Shown: positions 30,360 through 40,739, numbered from the stretch's first letter. The stretch: 64,000 nucleotides of DNA from Alphaproteobacteria bacterium (GCA_015062445.1 SUUQ01000006.1:1142-65141), one strand, 5' to 3'. The notes: generated by a model from the letters alone, not told the origin. Numbers and translations are program-made.

Positions 30360-31865
30360 ATCCCCTGTCATTACCGGGCGAAATCGTGGCAATCCAGCCC
30401 TCTCCCATCGCTGTCATACCGGCGCAGGCCGGTATCCATTGTGTTTTTTCCCCCACTCATGTCATCCCGTAGCAATCCAGTAAATAGAAACCACACAAAA
30501 AAATCCCCCACCCTCTCATGTCATCCCGTGGCTGGACCACGGGACCCAGGTATATGCTTTTTTTTACTTCGTCACCAAACACAAAATAACAAATATAAAA
30601 ATTTGTCATCCCGTGGCTTGACCACGGGACCCAGGTGTATGCCTTTTTCTTACTTCAACACCAAACACAAAAACAACAAATATAAAAACTTGTCATCCCG
30701 TGGCTTGACCACGGGACCCAGGTGTTATCTTATAACAAATTATTCAAATCTTCGTACAAATCTCGCCATAATGGATTATATTTTTCAATTAAGTCTTTTT
30801 TCCAGTTTCTTTTCCAATCCTTCAACCTTTTCTCACGACGAATTGCATCATTCGCATTATCATGTCGTTCAAAATAAACCAATTTATCCACATTATATCT
30901 ATCCGTAAACCCCGGCAACAAATGATTTTTATGCTCGAAAATACGTTGAGGCAAATTACTGGTAACCCCAATATACAGTGTCCCGTTTCTAGAACTGGCC
31001 ATAATATACACATAGTAATATTTTTGTTCAAATCTCATAAAACAATGGTACATCACCTGGGTTCCGTGGTCAAGCCACGGAATGACAAAACACTTAACAC
31101 ACTTTATAAAACATAATTATCACCCAGAACTCCGTCATACCGGCATCGGGCCACCCACCCTCGTCATACCGGCGGCGGCCGGTATCCATTGCAACCTGTA
31201 TATTCAAATTTCAGTGTCTCTATTCCCCTCTGCACAGGGGGTTACCCGCAGGCCGGGGGCGGCACACAGGGCGGAGGGGTCTCAATCCCACCCTCGTCAT
31301 ACCGGCATCGGGCCACCCACCCTCGTCATACCGGCGGCGGCCGGTATCCATTGCAACCTGTATATTCAAATTTCAGTGTCCCTATTCCCCTCTGCACATG
31401 GGGGTTACCCGCAGGCCGGGGGCGGCACACAGGGCGGAGGGGTCTCAATCCTACCCCCGTCATACCGGCGCAGGCCGGTATCCATTGTGTTTTTTTCCCA
31501 TCCTCTCATGTCATCCCGTGGCTTGCCTTGTCGCACGAAGTTTTAACGAAGTGTGAACCACGGGACCCAGGTGTATGCCTTTTTTTACCTCAACCACATA
31601 ATTGGCAAGGTCTCCCCACCCTCTCATGTCATCCCGTGGCTTAACCACGGAATGACAAAACACTTAACACATTTTATAAAACATAATTATCACCCATAAC
31701 ATCGTCATACCGGCATCGGGCCACCCACACATCGTCATACCGGCGCAGGCCGGTATCCATTGCGTTCTGAACAATCCATAAAAAACAGAAAAAAAAACTT
31801 GTCATCCCGTGGCTTGACCACGGGACCCAGGTGTATGCCTTTTTTCTTACTTCAACACCAAACTA
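30360..31865. repeat. Field of GTCAT-headed REP-like palindromes (types tgtcatcccgtggcttgaccacgggacccag and cgtcataccggcgcaggccggtatccattg), including a ~162-bp direct duplication
   Basis: Type A at about 30519, 30604, 30691, 31056 (inverted), 31509, 31627, 31800; type B at about 30412, 31162, 31324, 31459, 31733; duplication about 31133-31294 versus 31295-31457. Confidence 0.93.
30730..31038 (-). CDS. Stand-alone GIY-YIG nuclease
   Basis: YYVYIMASSRNGTLYIGVTSNLPQRIFEHK, AIRREKRLKDWKRNWK, NPLWRDL. Confidence 0.93.
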   Translation of the reverse strand: MRFEQKYYYVYIMASSRNGTLYIGVTSNLPQRIFEHKNHLLPGFTDRYNVDKLVYFERHDNANDAIRREKRLKDWKRNWKKDLIEKYNPLWRDLYEDLNNLL

Positions 31866-31890
31866 AAAAAATCCCCCAAACAGGGGGAAA
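31866..31890 (-). terminator. Terminator at the end of the fibre-protein array
   Basis: Minus strand tccccc-tgttt-ggggga followed by a T tract. Confidence 0.7.
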
Positions 31891-31895
31891 TTAAA

Positions 31896-32930
31896 CTATT
31901 GAACCCAAATACTGGCCAATGTAGTCGACGTTTCAGACCCAGACGGCACCTTGCCGATCACACCACTGGTCTTGTCGGCGGTCACCGCACCACCAGCGAT
32001 GTCTGCTGTTGCAATTGTTCCGTCTGTAATATCCGCAGATGCAACCGCACTCTTGGTTGCCAAACTGCCCAACGTTGTCCCCTTCGTAACAGTAACCGTG
32101 CCATTAGCTGCTGTAACCGCTGTAACAACATTACCTGTTCCATCTGTCACGACATTCGTTGTTGTCAATGTCGCCTGTTTTCCTGAAATCGTTGTCGCAT
32201 AACCGTCATATGCAGAAACCTTGTCTGCGTTAATCCCCGAATTGACCGCCGCCAATTGGGCTGCTGTCAGTGTTGCTTGTTTGCCCTTCAATGCATTATC
32301 AATATCCGTCAACGCATCTCCAATTTCACTGGCGGAATCTGAAATCATTGTCTGTGTCAATTGAACCGTTGGCACAACACTGTCCTGACCATCAATTGGT
32401 GCTTCATTCACAATAACCGCATCATCAACCTTAGCATCTAATGCAGCCGCCAAAACCTTGTTCTGAACTGGATTAGTACTGCTTGCACTTAACGATGTAT
32501 CAACGGTTATCTGTGGTACTGTTGCACTGATTGTACCATTATCGATTGTAATATTTGACCCTGCTGTCAACTTATCCTGTTTACCCGCCAACGCAGCATT
32601 TGCAGCATCAGCAGCCGTCTGTGCATCACCTGCTGCTGCGACAGCAGTGTCTGCTGAACTTTTTGCAGAAACTGCATATGCACCCGCTGCTGCAGCATGT
32701 GCTTCGGCGGCAATTGCTGCGGTGCCTGCCCTGTTCACTGCACGATTAACATATGTCACACCTGCGATACCTGCACCTGCACCATTTTCATCTGTTGGGG
32801 CCAAATCTGTAAATACACTATGTGCACTGCCAATATCGGTATTATCTGACTTTGGTGCACTGGCAACTGCTGCACTTGCAGCAAACATAGCACAGAATGA
32901 TACAGCAAAAACAAATTTTGTCTTACTCAT
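31896..32930 (-). CDS. Secreted Ala/Thr-rich fibre-like protein F1
   Basis: Signal peptide; KQDKLTAGSNITI, KQATLT and TGNVVTAVT modules; start MSKT at 32930. Confidence 0.75.
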   Translation of the reverse strand: MSKTKFVFAVSFCAMFAASAAVASAPKSDNTDIGSAHSVFTDLAPTDENGAGAGIAGVTYVNRAVNRAGTAAIAAEAHAAAAGAYAVSAKSSADTAVAAAGDAQTAADAANAALAGKQDKLTAGSNITIDNGTISATVPQITVDTSLSASSTNPVQNKVLAAALDAKVDDAVIVNEAPIDGQDSVVPTVQLTQTMISDSASEIGDALTDIDNALKGKQATLTAAQLAAVNSGINADKVSAYDGYATTISGKQATLTTTNVVTDGTGNVVTAVTAANGTVTVTKGTTLGSLATKSAVASADITDGTIATADIAGGAVTADKTSGVIGKVPSGSETSTTLASIWVQ

Positions 32931-33127
32931 ATTTTCCCCCACGGTGTTTTCTCTATTATTCTCTCTCTTTTATGCTTTTACGCATTATACACTATATCGC
33001 CCACTTAACACAACAGTTAATATAACACATATTGTAAAAATCCATAAAATTTTTATAATATGGCGTGCTTTGTTTATCCTGGCGGGACAACAAATGCCCC
33101 ACCAGTTTAAACATACTTACGATTTCA

Positions 33128-34105
33128 TTAATACGAAACCTTTTCCCACTGCATTGTACCACTACGGATAACCAATGCACAATCAGATGTACCTTGTGCA
33201 CATGCGGTTGGGAATGTCGCCAGACTTGTCAAAGTGCCCTGCAAGTCCTGAACCTTGCCATCTGCATATGCCTTCAGTGTCGTATCCTGCGATGACTGTG
33301 ATGCTGCCAATTCATCCGCATCGATATAAATCTCTGCTGCTTCTGCTGCTGCTGCAATCGCTTCAGATTTTGCAGTTGCAACATTGCCTGTTGTCGCCAT
33401 ATCGGTCGTTGCAGTTGCAATGGCCTGATTCATCTCTGTTGTTGTTGAATAATCTTCCAATGCTGTTGCAATCTTGCCATCTGCCGCAGTACCTGCTGCT
33501 GTGATTGCATCTGCTTCTGCCTGGTCCGCATATGCTTTGGCATCAGTTAATGCCTGTGCTGCACTACCCTTAGAATCAGATGCTGCAATCGCTTCTGATT
33601 TTGCGGTTGCGGCTACACCGTCTGCATATGTTTTTGCCGCCTGTAAATTATCTGTATCTGCCTGTGCCAAATCATCCAAACTTTCAGTAATATCAGTCAA
33701 GTCATCCGAGATTTCCGACTTCGAATTTGCAATCGCATTTTCCATTCTGAAAATGGATGGTGCAACTTTATCTAAATCAGCATCTGCGACAGTCGCCCCG
33801 TCTGCAGCAATTGCATCCTGCTGCAATGCTGTTGCACCGGCTGCTGCGCCACTGCGGATTGTTGCCAGGTCACCAATTGTATCCTGCTTTGTCGCCAAAC
33901 CTTGTTCCAATGCTGTTTTTGTTGCTGCTGCCTGAACACCTGTATTCAGTTCATTAACAGCCGCTGTCAAGTTTGATTTTGCTGTTGTTGTCAATGTGCT
34001 AATATCACCAGTTTTTCCTTCCAAATATTCAACAGATGCGATTTCTGCATTTGCCGCCGTTACGGCCATCATCGCAACCAAAGACGCTGTAATAATTTTT
34101 TTCAT
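33128..34105 (-). CDS. Secreted Ala-rich coiled-coil fibre-like protein F2
   Basis: Signal peptide ending ANA; IASVEYL; AKAYAD repeats; C-terminal C-x6-C...W. Confidence 0.78.
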   Translation of the reverse strand: MKKIITASLVAMMAVTAANAEIASVEYLEGKTGDISTLTTTAKSNLTAAVNELNTGVQAAATKTALEQGLATKQDTIGDLATIRSGAAAGATALQQDAIAADGATVADADLDKVAPSIFRMENAIANSKSEISDDLTDITESLDDLAQADTDNLQAAKTYADGVAATAKSEAIAASDSKGSAAQALTDAKAYADQAEADAITAAGTAADGKIATALEDYSTTTEMNQAIATATTDMATTGNVATAKSEAIAAAAEAAEIYIDADELAASQSSQDTTLKAYADGKVQDLQGTLTSLATFPTACAQGTSDCALVIRSGTMQWEKVSY

Positions 34106-34197
34106 TTTTCTTTCCTTTCTTTCTTAATCTTTCCGTTTGCAGGGAAGATAAATCCCCACAAACAGATTATTCTATATTGTTATTTACCTGCTTTTTT

Positions 34198-35499
34198 TTA
34201 GAACCCTGTTTCACCAGTTGCACGTTCAATCACTTCCCATGTGTATGCAGAATTATTAAATGTCAACACACACTTGTTTGTTGGGTTTGAACATGGACCC
34301 TGTGGCTTTGGTATCGCCGCATTTGCTGTTGCCTGGGCCGCTGCCGCATCTGCTACCCCCTTGTCCGCCTGGGTCTGCGCCGCATCTGCTGCTGACTGGG
34401 CTGCTGCTGCATCTGCCAATGCCTGGTTTGCATCTGCCTGTGCTGCATCTGCTGCTGACTGGGCTGCATCTGCCGCCGCCTGCGCTGCTTCTGCTGCAGA
34501 CTGTGCATTTGCTACTGCCGTATCATTTGACGATTTGTATGCATCCAAATCTGCCTGGGCATCATCACCGGCTTTCTTTGCCGCTGCAACCGCTGCATTA
34601 TTTGTTGTTTTATAGCTGGCCAAATCATTTGCAACCTGTGTTGCACTGCCACTGGCTGTTGCAATCTGACCTTCTAAATCTGTTTTCAGGGCCGTATCTT
34701 TTTCATCGGCATATGCCTTGGCATCTGCCAATGCCTGATTTGCCTTGTTTGTTGCATCTGTTGCCGCCGCCGCAATGGCTTCTGATTTTGCAGTTGCTGC
34801 ACTGCCGGCTGTATCATAGTTTGTTGCCAAACCATCTGCATAGGCCTTGGCATCTGTCAATGCCTGATTTGCCTTGGATGTTGCATCTGCTGCCGCCGCC
34901 TCAATGGCTTCTGATTTTGCAGTTGCTGCACTGCCGGCTGCATCATAGTTGTCTGCCAAACCATCTGCATAGGCCTTGGCATCTGTCAGAACCTGTGTAT
35001 CTGCTGCCTTGTACGCCGCATCCATAGCAGAAATCGCATCTGCATTATCACCAATCAGCCCACGAAGCTCGGCATCGTCATATGTCGCACTAGACTGGGC
35101 ATCTGCAATCATTTGAACAACGGTCTTACCTTCTGCAACTGCACCAATTTTGTCGTTAATCGCACTATCAGCAGTTTCAAATGCAGTTTTTTGTGCCGCA
35201 TCTAAACCATCTGCATAGTCTTTTGCCGCCTGTAAATTTGTTGTATCGGCCTGTGCCAATTCTGCAACCTTTGTATCATAAGCTGTCTGTGCAACTTTGG
35301 CATTAATTTTGCCTTCTAATTCTGACTTTGCAGTACTTAATGCATTTGCAGCTGTTGCTTCTGCTGCGGATTGTGCGGCCGATGCCTCGGTTGCTGCCTT
35401 GGCATCAACGTATGCCTTGGATGCAACGGCTGCATTTGCTGCATTGACGGAAACCAAACCCATCAAAACTGTAAAAATACCTGCTGTTAATTTTTTCAT
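34198..35499 (-). CDS. Secreted Ala-rich coiled-coil fibre-like protein F3
   Basis: Signal peptide ending ANA; VASKAYVD; 43-aa (129-bp) tandem repeat; C-terminal C-x6-CVL...W; start moved to 35499. Confidence 0.78.
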   Translation of the reverse strand: MKKLTAGIFTVLMGLVSVNAANAAVASKAYVDAKAATEASAAQSAAEATAANALSTAKSELEGKINAKVAQTAYDTKVAELAQADTTNLQAAKDYADGLDAAQKTAFETADSAINDKIGAVAEGKTVVQMIADAQSSATYDDAELRGLIGDNADAISAMDAAYKAADTQVLTDAKAYADGLADNYDAAGSAATAKSEAIEAAAADATSKANQALTDAKAYADGLATNYDTAGSAATAKSEAIAAAATDATNKANQALADAKAYADEKDTALKTDLEGQIATASGSATQVANDLASYKTTNNAAVAAAKKAGDDAQADLDAYKSSNDTAVANAQSAAEAAQAAADAAQSAADAAQADANQALADAAAAQSAADAAQTQADKGVADAAAAQATANAAIPKPQGPCSNPTNKCVLTFNNSAYTWEVIERATGETGF

Positions 35500-35612
35500 G
35501 TCTCCCTTCCTTTTTTTTAGGTTATCCCATTTTATCATTTTTTGCCTAGGTTGGTAAAGGCAAAAAATGAATATTTTGGGATTTTTTTATTAATTTCATT
35601 AATCCAATGTTA

Positions 35613-37076
35613 TTAGTTTAAATAATCATTAACAGGTTCAGTCAATGGCACCCATGAAATTGTATTTGTGGCCTTGTTAATTGACAGAACACAGTCCTGT
35701 GTTTCGCATGCTGCTGGTGCACTAATCTTTTTTGCCAACTCTGTTTCAATTTCAGATTTTGCACTCGCCAAAGCAGTGGCCGCTGTTTGTTCTGCCGCCG
35801 CCTGTGCTGCATTTGCCTTGGATGTTGCATCTGTTGCCGCTTCAGACTTTGCTGTTGCAATCTGACCTTCTAAATCAGATTTCAGTGCTGCATCTTTGCC
35901 ATCCGCATATGTTTTTGCATCTGTCAATGCCTGGGCTGCCGCTGCCGCTGCTGCATCCGCTGCATCCTGGGCTGCATCAGCCGCAGATTTTGCCGTGGCT
36001 GCGTCTGCTACACCCTGTTCAGCAGTTGTTTTTACACCCGCCAACGCTGTATCATTTGACGATTTGTATGCATCCAAATCTGCCTGGGCATCATCACCAG
36101 CTTTCTGGGCTGCTGCTACCGCTGCATTATTTGACGTTTTGTATGAATTCAAATCTGCCTGGGCATCATCACCGGCTTTCTTTGCCGCTGCAATTTCACT
36201 TGAATTTGATGTCTTGAACAAATTCATTTCATCTTCCGACACATAATTTGAATCCATCGCCGCAATCGCTTCGGTATTTGACTTAACCGCACCATTTGCC
36301 AATTCATCTGTGTATGCCTTGGCATCTGTCAATGCATCTGCTGCACTGCCGGCTGCATCATAGTTGTCTGCCAAACCATCTGCATATGACTTTGCTGCTG
36401 CTTCTGCCGCATCCGCTTCACTTTCTGCATATGACTTTGCTGCTGCTTCTGCCGCATCCGCTTCGCTTTCTGCATATGTCTTAGCTGCTGCTAATGCCGC
36501 ATCTGCACTGCCGGCTGAATCATAGTTGACTGCCAAACCATCTGCATACGATTTTGCAGACTGCAATGTTGTTGCATCCGCTCCTGCAAAATCTGTTCTG
36601 ATTTGTGCGTCTGCCGCTTCACGTGCATCTTTTTCTGCACTGACCGCTGATGCAATTTGATCTGCGACACCTGTTTCACCCGTCAAAGCTTTAACCGCAT
36701 CAATCTGTGATTGCAAACTGGTATCAGTATTACCCAAAGCGGTCATTTTTTCGTTATACACTGTCAGGTCAACCTTTTTCGCCAATTCTGTATCAACATA
36801 ATCTTTACCTGCCTTGGTCGCCAATGTTCCAGACACAGTTGTCAATGTACTTGCATTTGTCGCAATTGACTGTGCATTTGTTGCAATATCTGCTGTGTTT
36901 TTGTTTACTTTTGCATCATTTTCTGCTTTATATTCATTCAATGCAGTTGTAACTGAACCAGATTTTGCATCGACATAGTCCTTGGATGCGACATTAATTG
37001 CCGCATCTGCTGCCCCTGTGGCACCCATCAAGATTGCCGCCATAAAGCCAGAAAACATAATATTTTTTACTTTCAT
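35613..37076 (-). CDS. Secreted Ala-rich coiled-coil fibre-like protein F4
   Basis: MKVKNIMFSGF signal; VASKDYVD; 15-aa repeat; C-terminal C-x4-CVL...W. Confidence 0.78.
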   Translation of the reverse strand: MKVKNIMFSGFMAAILMGATGAADAAINVASKDYVDAKSGSVTTALNEYKAENDAKVNKNTADIATNAQSIATNASTLTTVSGTLATKAGKDYVDTELAKKVDLTVYNEKMTALGNTDTSLQSQIDAVKALTGETGVADQIASAVSAEKDAREAADAQIRTDFAGADATTLQSAKSYADGLAVNYDSAGSADAALAAAKTYAESEADAAEAAAKSYAESEADAAEAAAKSYADGLADNYDAAGSAADALTDAKAYTDELANGAVKSNTEAIAAMDSNYVSEDEMNLFKTSNSSEIAAAKKAGDDAQADLNSYKTSNNAAVAAAQKAGDDAQADLDAYKSSNDTALAGVKTTAEQGVADAATAKSAADAAQDAADAAAAAAAQALTDAKTYADGKDAALKSDLEGQIATAKSEAATDATSKANAAQAAAEQTAATALASAKSEIETELAKKISAPAACETQDCVLSINKATNTISWVPLTEPVNDYLN

Positions 37077-37144
37077 TTTTTTTCCTTTCTTTCGTTAATT
37101 ATGCCTGGCCCATTATGGCGGGTTTTGGCATGGTTAGCTTATTA

Positions 37145-38542
37145 TTATAAACTTTCACCTGTGATTATATCTGTTGTACCGTCACCGTTAACAACCGCAA
37201 CCTGATTCAGTGTGATATTCCCGAAACCGTCAGAAATCACCAGATATCCACCCTTGGTTGTCAGAATGCCTGATGCACTGACAAAGTCCCCATCTTCGAT
37301 CATTCCCTGCAAGGTTTCATCTGCCTGTTCACGTGCCGTTGCTTCATCTGCAATTGCCTGGGCATTTGTTGAAATCTTGCCATCCAGGGTTGTGTCTGCT
37401 GCTTTATATGCATCTTCTAATGCTTTATCTGCCGCTGCAAATTCACTACGGATTGTTGTGTCTGCCGCCTGCAGGTCATCAATTTCACCTTCGGCTGTTG
37501 CAACACGTGTTGTCAGCGCACCCAAGTTAGTAGAAGTTCCAGACAAAGACTGATTCAATTCTGCAATTTCATCGTCTGTGTATTTTTTTGCATCTGTCAA
37601 AACCTTGGCATCTGCCTGTTCGCGTGCACTTGCTTCTGCTGTGATTTTGCCATCCAATGCTGTATCTGCTGCTGCAAAGTCGCTACGAATTGTTGTATCT
37701 GCCGCCACCAGGTCTGCAATATCTTCTGCCATTGCTGTGTCTGCATTTTCACGTGCAGTTGCTTCTGCAGAAATCAAACCACGAACTGCGGTATCATCAT
37801 ATGTTGCCGCCGTCTGTGCATCAGCAATCATATCTACAACCGTCTTACCTTCTGCAACGGTACCGATTTTATTGCTAATTGCTGTGTCCGCAGCTTCACG
37901 TGCACTTGCTTCTGCTGTGATTTTGCCATCTAATGCTGTATCAGCCGCAGCAAAGTCGCTACGAATTGTTGTATCTGCCGCCACCAGGTCTGCAATATCT
38001 TCTGCCATTGCTGTGTCTGCATTTTCACGTGCGGTTGCTTCTGCAGAAATCAAACCACGAACTGCGGTATCATCATATGTTGCCGCCGTCTGTGCATCAG
38101 CAATCATATCTACAACCGTCTTACCATCTGCAACGGTACCGATTTTATTGCTAATTGCTGTGTCCGCTGCTTCACGTGCACTTGCTTCTGCTGTGATTTT
38201 GCCATCTAATGCTGTATCTGCCGCCGCAAAGTCAGTTCTGATTTGTGCATCCGCCTGTGCACGTGCACTTGCTTCTGCATCAATCTTGCCCTGCAGTGCC
38301 TGGTCTGCCGCCTGCATATCTGTGGTTGTTGCAAAAGGCGTCAAATCCAATGTGCTTTTAACAACATTGTTTGTGATGTCGATACCTGTACCTGCAGACA
38401 AGTTATCCTGTTTTTTTGCCAATTCAGTATCAACATACGACTTGCTGGTCAGTTCATACTGCACGGCTGCATCGGCTGCACCGCATACACCAGCAAAGAT
38501 TGCCGCTGCAAATCCTGAAAACATAATGTTTTTCACTTTCAT
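37145..38542 (-). CDS. Secreted Ala-rich coiled-coil fibre-like protein F5
   Basis: MKVKNIMFSGF signal; TSKSYVD; 92-aa (276-bp) tandem repeat; start moved to 38542. Confidence 0.78.
   Translation of the reverse strand: MKVKNIMFSGFAAAIFAGVCGAADAAVQYELTSKSYVDTELAKKQDNLSAGTGIDITNNVVKSTLDLTPFATTTDMQAADQALQGKIDAEASARAQADAQIRTDFAAADTALDGKITAEASAREAADTAISNKIGTVADGKTVVDMIADAQTAATYDDTAVRGLISAEATARENADTAMAEDIADLVAADTTIRSDFAAADTALDGKITAEASAREAADTAISNKIGTVAEGKTVVDMIADAQTAATYDDTAVRGLISAEATARENADTAMAEDIADLVAADTTIRSDFAAADTALDGKITAEASAREQADAKVLTDAKKYTDDEIAELNQSLSGTSTNLGALTTRVATAEGEIDDLQAADTTIRSEFAAADKALEDAYKAADTTLDGKISTNAQAIADEATAREQADETLQGMIEDGDFVSASGILTTKGGYLVISDGFGNITLNQVAVVNGDGTTDIITGESL
37625..38232. 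repeat. 276-bp tandem repeat (two copies plus a partial third) inside F5
   Basis: tgcacttgcttctgctgtgattttgccatc recurs at 37625, 37901 and 38177. Confidence 0.92.
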
Positions 38543-38591
38543 TTTTTCCTTCCTTTCTTTCGTTAAATTATCGCGGTTTAACAACCGAATT

Positions 38592-40739
38592 TTATTGACC
38601 TTCGACAACACTTACGGTTACCCAAGTCGCCTTATCCCCTTCTGATTTCAACATGGCCATTGTACCATCTGGCAGTTGCATATTTATAAAGTCTGCTTCA
38701 ACCTTATCTTTATATGCCAACGCACCCAAAGTTGCCAATTCTGCATCAATACCACTGATTGCTTCGATTACCTGTTGCATTGCTGTATCAGTAGCATAAT
38801 CTGCTGCAATTTCTTCAACCTTGCTTTGCAGTTCTTTCACAGTCGCATCAGACGCAGTGCTGCCACTTAATTCAGTAACCACATCTTGCAAATCCTTCAA
38901 ATCAGCTGCCGCTGCATAATCACCGGCCGCCTGTTTTGTTGCAATCGCCGCATCCAGGGTTGACTTAACCGAATTTAACTGTTCTGTCGTAACCAAATTT
39001 GTCGGCACATCTTCCAAATCATTATAAGAACCAGTTTTTGCAACTTCATGCAACGTCAACAATTCTGCCGCATTTTCATTTGCCAAATTCTGGGCCGCAT
39101 CTGCCACAGACTTTGCCGTCGCCGCATCTGCCACCCCTTTGTCTGCCTGGGCTTGCGCTGCTGCTGCCGCCGCCGCTGCTGCTGCCGCCGAATTTGCCGC
39201 AGTTGCCGCATCCGCTACACCTTTGTCTGCCTGCGCCAAAACTTCTGCAACCTCAGCATCATTCAACAACTTATATTCATCCAAGGCACCCGCCACAGTC
39301 GCCGCATCCGCCACACCTTTATCCGCCTGGGATTGTGCTGCTGCTGCTGCCGCCGCCGCTGCTGCAATTGCCTTGCCTGTTGCACCATCTGCACTTAATG
39401 CTGTTTCTAATGCAGAAATCTTACCATCTTGTACATCCTGTTCACCTTCAATTGCTGTGATTTTCCCCTCAGCCGTATCAACGCGCCCTGTCAACGCAGA
39501 CAAATCCGCCGTTGCACCACCCAAAGAACCTGTCAAATCTGCAATTTCCGCATCCGTATACTGCTTTGATTCTGCCAATGCCGCCGCCGCAGAACCCGCC
39601 GCATCATAATTTCCTGCCAAACCATCTGCATAATCCTTGGCCGACTGCAATGTTGTTGCATCTGCCGCCGCAAACCCCGCCTTGATTTCAGCATCTGCTG
39701 CTTTATACGCCACATCCATGGCCGCAACTTTATCGTCTAATGCCTTGTCCGCATTTTCACGCAGAACAGCTTCGGCCGCAATCAACCCCTCTAATTCATC
39801 AATCGAGGCCTGCAAAGCCGTCTGTGCTGCTGTCAATTCGGTTTTTTTCGCATAATCATCTTCTATAACCTTTACACGATTAACCAGTGCCGTCAGATCC
39901 GCACCTGTTGCCGAACTGCCCTGCAATGCTACAACATCACTCTTCAAAGTTTCCAAATCAGCCGCCGCCGCATATTCACCAGCCGCCTGTTTGCCTGCAA
40001 TTTCCTGTTCTAACGCGGTCTTCAAATCATTTAATGCAACTTTGGTCGCAAAATCACCCAAATCACCAGTCACATCATTCAATGCCGCCTGCAAGGCATC
40101 AAATTCTGTCTTGCCCGCAAAATCTTTCGCCAAATCATATGTCTTTGTCACATCATCCTGAACAACGGTTAAAACCTTGTTTGCATACTCTACACTCGTA
40201 TGCTCACCACTGACCGCTTCTATATCCGCCGCCAACTTATCAACATTCAACTTCAGATCTGACGCATCTTTTTCCAACGCATCAACAGACGCATTCAAAT
40301 CTTCGAACTGTGCCGGAATATTGCTATCAGAATTTTCCTGATACCCCATCCACTGTTCCAAAACCTCGATACGGGTCTGCAAATTACCACTTGTCGAACT
40401 GTTATTAATTACCGTTTTATCTGGCGCACTGGACGTTGCCAAATACTTACCAATCGACAAACGTGGTGTTGCCGCCACACGTGATGCCGCCGTACGCGTT
40501 GCCGCCGCACGCGTTGAACCATCTGACGACGCCCCCAAACGCATTGCCCCCGCACGCACCGCATTCGCTGCTGTGGACGTTGTCGTTCCCGACTTTGCTG
40601 TCGCCGCACTGGACGTGCCAGAATATGTACCTGCACCACCCAATGAACGTACCGCTGTCGCACCATTTGCCGGTGCAACAATCGCCGCACACAGCACACA
40701 CACTATTGATAATGTTGATATTTTCAGTTCGTTTTTCAT
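38592..40739 (-). CDS. Secreted Ala-rich coiled-coil fibre-like protein F6 (first and longest gene of the array)
   Basis: Signal peptide; Arg/Ala/Thr-rich N-terminus; four ADKGVADAA copies; two KQAAG(E/D)YAAAADL copies; VAKTGSYNDL module. Confidence 0.78.
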   Translation of the reverse strand: MKNELKISTLSIVCVLCAAIVAPANGATAVRSLGGAGTYSGTSSAATAKSGTTTSTAANAVRAGAMRLGASSDGSTRAAATRTAASRVAATPRLSIGKYLATSSAPDKTVINNSSTSGNLQTRIEVLEQWMGYQENSDSNIPAQFEDLNASVDALEKDASDLKLNVDKLAADIEAVSGEHTSVEYANKVLTVVQDDVTKTYDLAKDFAGKTEFDALQAALNDVTGDLGDFATKVALNDLKTALEQEIAGKQAAGEYAAAADLETLKSDVVALQGSSATGADLTALVNRVKVIEDDYAKKTELTAAQTALQASIDELEGLIAAEAVLRENADKALDDKVAAMDVAYKAADAEIKAGFAAADATTLQSAKDYADGLAGNYDAAGSAAAALAESKQYTDAEIADLTGSLGGATADLSALTGRVDTAEGKITAIEGEQDVQDGKISALETALSADGATGKAIAAAAAAAAAAQSQADKGVADAATVAGALDEYKLLNDAEVAEVLAQADKGVADAATAANSAAAAAAAAAAAQAQADKGVADAATAKSVADAAQNLANENAAELLTLHEVAKTGSYNDLEDVPTNLVTTEQLNSVKSTLDAAIATKQAAGDYAAAADLKDLQDVVTELSGSTASDATVKELQSKVEEIAADYATDTAMQQVIEAISGIDAELATLGALAYKDKVEADFINMQLPDGTMAMLKSEGDKATWVTVSVVEGQ

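Noticed and set aside
30441-31644. ORFs 30441-30908, 31082-31546 and 31189-31644
   Set aside because: They are translations of the REP-like repeats (LSSRGLTTGPR, VIPAAAGIH) or lie antisense to the GIY-YIG gene.
31896-40739. Prophage tail-fibre cluster or classical trimeric autotransporters
   Set aside because: All six proteins have Sec-type signal peptides, no phage structural genes are nearby, and none has a C-terminal YadA-type barrel ending in an aromatic residue pattern.
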